This document shows positions 58,436 to 64,000 of a DNA stretch of 64,000 nt, piece by piece. The DNA is taken from positions 74,383-138,382 of the forward strand of contig DHPF01000017.1 of the NCBI GenBank assembly GCA_002407855.1, read 5' to 3'. The DNA comes from Bacteroidales bacterium UBA5371 (lineage in GTDB: Bacteria; Bacteroidota; Bacteroidia; Bacteroidales; P3). The translations under genes and the position numbers were made by a program. The stretch's first letter is position 1. Every line of letters begins with the position of its first letter. Under the pieces are notes generated by a model. It was not told the DNA's origin and searched no databases. It saw nothing but the letters and a program-made list of their open reading frames with translations.

Positions 58436-58506
58436 AAATCCACGAAACAAATTTTTTATTCCTTTTGGAAATTTTCAAACCTAAGGGTAAGTGCCTGAAT
58501 ATAAAT

Positions 58507-60534
58507 CTATTTATTGTAGGAAGCTAAGCCCTTTTCTAAAAATGAAACAAAATTATCAACACTCCTATCATAACCTTTTGGAGTGTTAAGCAAATTCCCT
58601 TCGGCATCCATCAAAACATAAAGAGGCTGAGCATTAGCATTATAGGTCTCTATCTGATAGTTGTGATTCTTCTTGCCAAGTGTCTTTACTACACTCCCGT
58701 CTTTAAGGGTTACCCACTCGTTCTCAGGAAGTTTAATCCAATTGGCATCTGCATATAGGGCTACCATAACATAATCTTGTGTGAGTATGGTTTTAACTCG
58801 TTTGTCCTCCCAAACATAGTATTCCATCTCGCGACAATTGGCACAGGTCTTGCCCGTAAAGTCCACAAAGATAGGCTTGTTTACTTTCTTGGCATAGGCC
58901 TTAGCTTCTTCAAGGTCGAAAAAGCCTTCAAAGCCAGTAGGGAAATGAAGCAAATCGGCATATTTCCTATTGGCTGGAAGGGAATTAGGATTGGTTTCTT
59001 GGGTATAGGATTTGTTCGCATTTTCAAGGATTGAACGCTCTATATTAAAGTCTTGTGTTGTCATAGGGGGAACGTAGCCCGAAATCGCTTTTAGGGGTGC
59101 TCCCCAAAGTCCTGGCAACATGTAAAGAGAGAACGAAAAGGATATTATGGCAAGGAATAATCTGCCTACTCCAATTTGTTGGAGCTCACTATCTCCCTTG
59201 AATTTCAGCTTGCCAAGTAGGTATAGTCCCAAAAGTGTGAAGACAACTATCCACAAAACTAAGTAGGTTTCTCTGTCCAAAAGTCCCCAGTTGGCACTAA
59301 GGTCTGCCATTGAGAGAAATTTTAGTCCAAGGGCTATTTCTAAAAATCCAAATACAATCTTAGTTGTGTTTAGCCACGAGCCAGACTTCATCTTTGTAAG
59401 CATATGAGGGAACAAAGCCAAAAGGGTAAATGGTAGGGCAAATCCAAGGGCAAATCCTATCATGGAAAAGAAGAATACTAAGCTATTGGTTGAGCTGGAT
59501 GCAACGCCCATTAGGGCGGCTCCTAAGATTGGGCCTGTGCAGGAGAAGGAAACTAATACGGTTGTTAGTGCAATAAAGAATGCTCCTATATATCCTCCTT
59601 TGTCGGCTCCTTTGTCTGATTTGTTTATCCAAGAAGAAGGTAGGGTTATTTCGAACATCCCAAAGAACGAGAAGGCAAAAAGCATAAAGATAATAAAGAA
59701 AAGTATGTTTGGAACCCAGTGGGTTGATATTATATACATTGCGTCTTTGCCTAAGAGTAAGGTAAGGGCTAAGCCAAGTACTGCAAAGATAAATATGATG
59801 GAGCCTCCAAAGAAGAAGGCTTCTTTTAGTCCTTGTTTTCTGCTTTTCTTTCCTTTCATAAAGAAACTTATGGTCATGGGAACCATAGGGAATACGCATG
59901 GGGTTACAAGGGTTAAAAGTCCTGCTCCAAGGGAGATAAGGAATATCATAAGCATAGAATCGGTTTTTTCTTTTTCTTTCGTGGTAGGTTCAATTATGGA
60001 ACTCTCCGAAAGAACTAAGGTCTGACTCTGGGTGATTGACTCTGATATGGTTGGAGTGGTATCTTCTTCCGTTTTAGATGCTTTTGGGTTGCCTTTAACT
60101 TCAAAACTAAATGCTACATCGTCAGGAGGAATGCAAAGTCCTTTCTCGCAGAGCTGGAAATTAACGTTACCTTTTATTTTGAAGTCCTTTTCGCTTCTGA
60201 TTTTTATCTTTTGACGAAAAATAACGGAGCCATCAAAATGGCGTGTGGTGTCTTTTGCGTATATGTCGTAGGTAGAAATTGCTTTGGGTTCTAAAACATT
60301 TCCTATTCTTTGGTAATCTTGGCTTTTTTCGAAGGTAAATTCTATTGGGAGTTCGGTTCCTTTTGTGTGTTGGGAATAAATATGCCATCCATCTTTTAAT
60401 TTCACCCTCAGCTCTAACTCTGCAATTGAGTCGTTAATCTTATTGGTCTTGAAAGTCCAAGAGGCTTGCGAAAAAGCGTTCAAACTCCAAAGAGAAAGAA
60501 GGCTAATTGCTAATATAAGTTTTATTTGTTTCAT
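58507..60534 (-). CDS. dsbD: DsbD-like thiol:disulfide interchange membrane protein with C-terminal thioredoxin domain
   Basis: 675 aa: signal peptide, TM Cys motifs (TPCVFPMVP, FSCTGPILG), C-terminal CxxC (TCANC). Confidence 0.85.
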   Translation of the reverse strand: MKQIKLILAISLLSLWSLNAFSQASWTFKTNKINDSIAELELRVKLKDGWHIYSQHTKGTELPIEFTFEKSQDYQRIGNVLEPKAISTYDIYAKDTTRHFDGSVIFRQKIKIRSEKDFKIKGNVNFQLCEKGLCIPPDDVAFSFEVKGNPKASKTEEDTTPTISESITQSQTLVLSESSIIEPTTKEKEKTDSMLMIFLISLGAGLLTLVTPCVFPMVPMTISFFMKGKKSRKQGLKEAFFFGGSIIFIFAVLGLALTLLLGKDAMYIISTHWVPNILFFIIFMLFAFSFFGMFEITLPSSWINKSDKGADKGGYIGAFFIALTTVLVSFSCTGPILGAALMGVASSSTNSLVFFFSMIGFALGFALPFTLLALFPHMLTKMKSGSWLNTTKIVFGFLEIALGLKFLSMADLSANWGLLDRETYLVLWIVVFTLLGLYLLGKLKFKGDSELQQIGVGRLFLAIISFSFSLYMLPGLWGAPLKAISGYVPPMTTQDFNIERSILENANKSYTQETNPNSLPANRKYADLLHFPTGFEGFFDLEEAKAYAKKVNKPIFVDFTGKTCANCREMEYYVWEDKRVKTILTQDYVMVALYADANWIKLPENEWVTLKDGSVVKTLGKKNHNYQIETYNANAQPLYVLMDAEGNLLNTPKGYDRSVDNFVSFLEKGLASYNK

Positions 60535-60576
60535 TTTCTATGTGTTATTTAATGCTTTTTATTTGTTAAATTATTT

Positions 60577-61872
60577 CTATCTTATCCATAAGGAAGGGTT
60601 TAGTATGGTGTTTCCTTTCCAGATTTGGAAGTTAAACTCCGAAACGTTATCGTTGTTTGTGTAAACTTTCCCTAAGGTTTGTTTTGTTGCGACCTTTGTT
60701 CCCAAAGAAACATTAACTCCAGAAATATTGGTATAAACGCTTAGATAGTCTCCATGACGGAGGATTATAACGCTTTGCCCGTTTGGTCCCTTGAATATCT
60801 TTGAGACCACTCCTTCAAAAACAGCTCTGATTTCGGCTCCTTTTGGGGTGCGGATATCTATTCCGTTGTTGTCAATGGTGATTCCTTTTATGTCAGGGTG
60901 AGGATGTTTCCCGAAATTGCTTGTAACAACTCCTTGCTGGGTTGGCCAGGGGAGTTTCCCTTTATTTGCCGAGAAAGTATTAGAAAGCTTTACTTCCTCA
61001 GGGGTAGCACTCATCACGTATTTTGTTGCCTCTGACGTTTTATCCGCACTCTTGGTCTTGCTGCTCTTGGAGCTTTCTTCCTTAGCTTTCTTAGCTTTTG
61101 CTGCAATTGCTGCTTGTTTTCTGACCTCTTGTGCAATTGCTGCATTGATTTCGTTTTGGAGTTTTTTCCTTCTGGCTTGTTTTTCTTTGATTTGCTTGGT
61201 GAGTTGTTTTTCTTTTTTGCTAAGCTGGTTAATATTCTTTTGCTTAACTTTTTCTTCTTGGGTCAAGCTCTGTTTGTTCTTCTCTTCTTGTTGTAGCAGG
61301 CTTTCTTGGTTCTTTTTCTTTATTGAAAGCTCGTTGGTCTTCTTCTCCAATTCGTCTGACTTACTTTGAATATTTTGTATCATATTCTTTTGCCTGTTGC
61401 CATACTGACGAAAGAAAACATATCTCTGGTAGGCTTGACGATAGTTCTTTGAAGAGAAGATAAATAGGATTTTATCGGTAGAGGTTTTATTCTTTTGGGC
61501 ATAGCGAAGCATTTTGGCGTAGTCTTGCTTCAATACTTTTATCTCTTGATTGATTTCAACGATAGATTTCTGAGTGCTGCGGATTTCTCCGTTAAGCATA
61601 CTCATCTGTTGTGAAATATTATTGATAAGTTTTTGACGAGAGGCAATTTTTTTCTTTAAGATAGAGAGTTCTGATGCCGATAATCTCTTGGTGTTCTTAG
61701 TTTCTTTAAGGATTGCGTTAATTGCATTGATTTCTCTTTCTATTTTAGCTTTTTCGTTTTCTAATTTCTGCCTATCCTGAGCATTGGAATAAAAACAAAA
61801 TACAAGTAAAAGACAGGTTAGAGTAAATGTCTTTAAATTAAATGGTTTAATATGATATTTTGAGTTGAACAT
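60577..61872 (-). CDS. M23-family murein peptidase with N-terminal coiled coil (EnvC-like)
   Basis: 431 aa: signal peptide, long K/Q/E coiled coil, C-terminal LytM/M23 domain (GIDI, HGDYLSVYTN). Confidence 0.82.
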   Translation of the reverse strand: MFNSKYHIKPFNLKTFTLTCLLLVFCFYSNAQDRQKLENEKAKIEREINAINAILKETKNTKRLSASELSILKKKIASRQKLINNISQQMSMLNGEIRSTQKSIVEINQEIKVLKQDYAKMLRYAQKNKTSTDKILFIFSSKNYRQAYQRYVFFRQYGNRQKNMIQNIQSKSDELEKKTNELSIKKKNQESLLQQEEKNKQSLTQEEKVKQKNINQLSKKEKQLTKQIKEKQARRKKLQNEINAAIAQEVRKQAAIAAKAKKAKEESSKSSKTKSADKTSEATKYVMSATPEEVKLSNTFSANKGKLPWPTQQGVVTSNFGKHPHPDIKGITIDNNGIDIRTPKGAEIRAVFEGVVSKIFKGPNGQSVIILRHGDYLSVYTNISGVNVSLGTKVATKQTLGKVYTNNDNVSEFNFQIWKGNTILNPSLWIR

Positions 61873-61894
61873 GCTTTGTCGGAAAATTAATTGC

Positions 61895-61902
61895 CAAAAT
61901 TA
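61895..61902 (-). promoter_or_regulatory. -7 promoter box TAATTTTG upstream of M23 peptidase-dsbD operon
   Basis: Plus strand reads CAAAATTA 23 nt upstream of the start at 61872. Confidence 0.5.
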
Positions 61903-62154
61903 CAAATAATATATTAAATGGAGTAAATTAGCTTAATTTTATTGTTAATCAATAAGCGGAACTTAACTAAAAAAGACCTGTCCTTTAAACAGAAAGTCCT
62001 GATAATTTGTGTTTAATATTATTTCTTTTTGAAGAATTACTATGTTTTTTCCTCACAACATCAAATAAAGTACTTTCCTAATTAAAAAGTAGTTCCCAAC
62101 AAAATATTTATTAAAAAATATTCATTTATGTTTATTTTTAAGAATAAATATATA

Positions 62155-62162
62155 TATCTTTG
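62155..62162 (+). promoter_or_regulatory. -7 promoter box TATCTTTG upstream of DksA/TraR-like gene
   Basis: TAnnTTTG match 45 nt upstream of the ATG at 62207. Confidence 0.55.
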
Positions 62163-62206
62163 CAGCATTAAATTATACATATATTTTACATCTAATATTA
62201 TTTGTT

Positions 62207-62617
62207 ATGAGTGAAGCTAAGAAAGTAGTGAAAAGATATTCTGACGAAGAGTTGAATGAGTTTAAAGCTATTATTGATGAGAAATTGGTTAAAGCCAGGG
62301 AAAATCTTGCTATGTTATTAGAGGCTGCTTCAAATGATGCTAATGATTTAGGAGACACTTCTCCAACATTCAAAGTATTGGAAGAGGCTAGTAGCGTTCA
62401 GTCAAAAGAAGAGAACGCTAATATGGCAGCCAGACAACAAAAGTTTATTAAGGATTTGGAGGCTGCATTAATCAGGATTGAAAACAAAACTTATGGCATT
62501 TGTCGTATTACAGGAGAATTAATTCCTAAGGAACGTTTACGTTTAGTCCCTCATGCAACCCTAACAGTGGAAGCAAAGAACATGCAAGGACAAAACAAGC
62601 CAATTAAACGGAAATAA
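62207..62617 (+). CDS. DksA/TraR-family protein
   Basis: 136 aa with a coiled-coil N-terminal part and a C-terminal YGICRITGELIPKERL segment, typical of Bacteroidota DksA-like proteins. Confidence 0.75.
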   Translation: MSEAKKVVKRYSDEELNEFKAIIDEKLVKARENLAMLLEAASNDANDLGDTSPTFKVLEEASSVQSKEENANMAARQQKFIKDLEAALIRIENKTYGICRITGELIPKERLRLVPHATLTVEAKNMQGQNKPIKRK

Positions 62618-62622
62618 GCTAA

Positions 62623-63279
62623 ATGAAAAAGCCTTTTATCCTAATCTTTATAGTTCTGATTATTGATCAGGTCTTAAAGATATGGATTAAACTTAACATG
62701 ACCATTGGACAGGAGATTTCTCTTATTGGTTCTTGGTGTAAGATTCATTTTATTGAGAACGAAGGGATGGCTTTTGGAATGAGTTTTGGAGGAGATTGGG
62801 GCAAATTGCTGCTAACTCTTTTCCGTATTATTGCCTCTGTGCTTATTTTCATGTATCTAAGGAAGCTTATCAAAAGAAAAGAATCTAAGTTAATAATATA
62901 TAGTATGGCTCTGATTTTTGCAGGAGCTGTGGGGAATATTATTGATTCTATGTTTTATGGGTTAGTGTTTTCAGAGAGTACTTTCTTTCAACAAGCAGTA
63001 ATGTTTCAAGGGGGCTACTCATCCTTTCTTTATGGTAAGGTTGTAGATATGTTTTATTTTCCTTTAATAGATACAACTTTTCCTCTATGGATGCCTTTTG
63101 TTGCGGGAGAGCCTTTCCGTTTTTTTAATGCAATTTTTAATATAGCTGATATTTCTATTACTATTGGTGTTTGTTTATTGATTATTTCTTTATTATTTGT
63201 GCCCAAGGGTAAAAGAGAAATATCAGCAAGCATAGAAAAAGAAGAAAAAGAAGAAGGAATAGAAAATAATAATATTTAG
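62623..63279 (+). CDS. lspA: lipoprotein signal peptidase (signal peptidase II)
   Basis: 218 aa, 4 TM; conserved NxGxAFG-like (ENEGMAFG), GNIIDS and FNIAD motifs. Confidence 0.9.
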   Translation: MKKPFILIFIVLIIDQVLKIWIKLNMTIGQEISLIGSWCKIHFIENEGMAFGMSFGGDWGKLLLTLFRIIASVLIFMYLRKLIKRKESKLIIYSMALIFAGAVGNIIDSMFYGLVFSESTFFQQAVMFQGGYSSFLYGKVVDMFYFPLIDTTFPLWMPFVAGEPFRFFNAIFNIADISITIGVCLLIISLLFVPKGKREISASIEKEEKEEGIENNNI

Positions 63280-63286
63280 TATAATT

Positions 63287-64000
63287 GTGGAGATTCTAAT
63301 AATTCTTGTTTTAATTTTGATTAATGGTGTATTCTCAATGTCGGAGATTGCTGTTGTTTCTTCTCGTCGTTCCAAATTAGAATCTCTGACGAAGAAGGGT
63401 GACCAAAATGCCAGAAAGATATTAAAAACGGCTGAACATCCTGAGTATTTTCTTTCAACGGTTCAAATTGCCATAACTGCAATTGGGCTTATAACAGGAT
63501 TGTATTCGGGCAAAAGCCTTTCTGTTCCTCTGAGTAATTTTCTTTTAAAATTAGGTTTGGGAGCTTCTTCCATTTGGGTAGCTCATGTGTTGGTTGTTAT
63601 AGTAATTACTTATCTTACCTTGGTCATTGGGGAATTACTTCCCAAAAAAATAGGCTTGAATAACCCTGAAAAGATTGCAAGCAGGATAATTTCTCCTATG
63701 AACCTTCTTACCAAACTAACATATCCTTTTGTTGTGTTATTATCGTGGAGTACTAATTTATTAATAAAGATTTTTGGGATAAAGAAGAATACTAATTCTG
63801 TTATAACAGAAGATGAAATCAAACAAATAATAAACGAAAGTACAGAGGTTGGAGAAATACAAGAAGTAGAGCAAGATATTGTTGAAAGAGTTTTTAGTTT
63901 GGGTGATAGAGATATCTCGTCATTAATGACTCACAGAAACGATTTTGAATGGTTTGATGTTAATGATAGTTTTAGTCAGATAAAGGAAAAATTATCTCAA
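63287..64000 (+). CDS. CNNM/DUF21 transmembrane domain + CBS-pair hemolysin-family (CorC/TlyC-like) protein, 5' part only
   Basis: Own translation from GTG at 63287: VEILIILVLILINGVFSMSEIAVVSSRRSKLE...GELLPKKIG. Open to the window end (238 codons). Not in the ORF track because it is truncated. Confidence 0.8.
   Translation, partial: MEILIILVLILINGVFSMSEIAVVSSRRSKLESLTKKGDQNARKILKTAEHPEYFLSTVQIAITAIGLITGLYSGKSLSVPLSNFLLKLGLGASSIWVAHVLVVIVITYLTLVIGELLPKKIGLNNPEKIASRIISPMNLLTKLTYPFVVLLSWSTNLLIKIFGIKKNTNSVITEDEIKQIINESTEVGEIQEVEQDIVERVFSLGDRDISSLMTHRNDFEWFDVNDSFSQIKEKLSQ

Noticed and set aside
57540-58506. Possible chromosomal origin (oriC) or plasmid-type iteron origin
   Set aside because: There is no cluster of DnaA boxes: I saw only 6-7/9 matches such as ATATCCATA here, and 8/9 matches only inside coding regions. 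There is no dnaA, rep or par gene adjacent. It remains a formal possibility, testable by GC skew or marker-frequency analysis, so it is mentioned only as a hypothesis in the findings.
59462-60025. Long antisense or nested ORFs inside real genes: 3544-3780, 5682-6011, 25060-25332, 28286-28645, 33650-33955, 37535-37900, 39707-40072, 45105-45449, 55914-56291, 57229-57543, 59462-60025, 59483-59899, 60917-61369
   Set aside because: Each lies fully within a longer ORF that has clear family motifs. Their translations are low-complexity (Ser/Leu/Phe/Lys-rich) mirror images of the real frame, with no independent start context.
1-64000. tRNA, rRNA, tmRNA, RNase P, transposase, integrase, phage or toxin-antitoxin/defence genes
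   Set aside because: I scanned the intergenic regions for GC-rich cloverleaf-like segments (for example GGTTCGAATCC-type T-loops) and the ORF list for recombinase or nuclease hallmarks, and found none. The only GGTTCG occurrence (57769) is part of the family-C inverted repeat.

Overview
Low-GC Bacteroidota-type chromosomal segment: TAnnTTTG -7 promoter boxes, no obvious Shine-Dalgarno sites, and UpxY-, DUF4175- and DUF5686-like families. I can support about 51 protein-coding genes, almost all housekeeping: ispB-like prenyl synthase, lnt, ansA, rfaE-type kinase, deaD, rpe, purB, MsbA-like ABC exporter, acyl-CoA carboxyltransferase plus BCCP, dxs, mnmG, ybeY, deoC, rpiB, nadA, hutU, sppA, queG, dnaE, mnmA, dsbD-like and lspA. 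I saw no rRNA, tRNA, CRISPR array, transposase or integrase. The main signal the genes do not explain is a set of intergenic tandem arrays with a strict 21-22 bp phase. One family (core TTGATTCTAAT) recurs at 9 operon boundaries. At least three unrelated cores build the same architecture, often as head-to-head inverted arrays. The clearest case is a gene-free, repeat-saturated block of about 0.9 kb at 57.6-58.5 kb, which contains a perfect 69-bp compound inverted repeat. Other points worth a second look: (1) an SPT-type oxoamine synthase + GNAT-like + SDR operon, a candidate ceramide/sulfonolipid pathway, bracketed by arrays that share a 35-nt identical stretch; (2) a FeoB permease lacking its GTPase domain; (3) a giant DUF4175-like coiled-coil membrane protein with an overlapping small ORF; (4) an orphan UpxY-like antiterminator; (5) an extra-AT-rich patch at about 40.3-44.3 kb. 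All functional calls come from motif recognition by eye; no database search was run.
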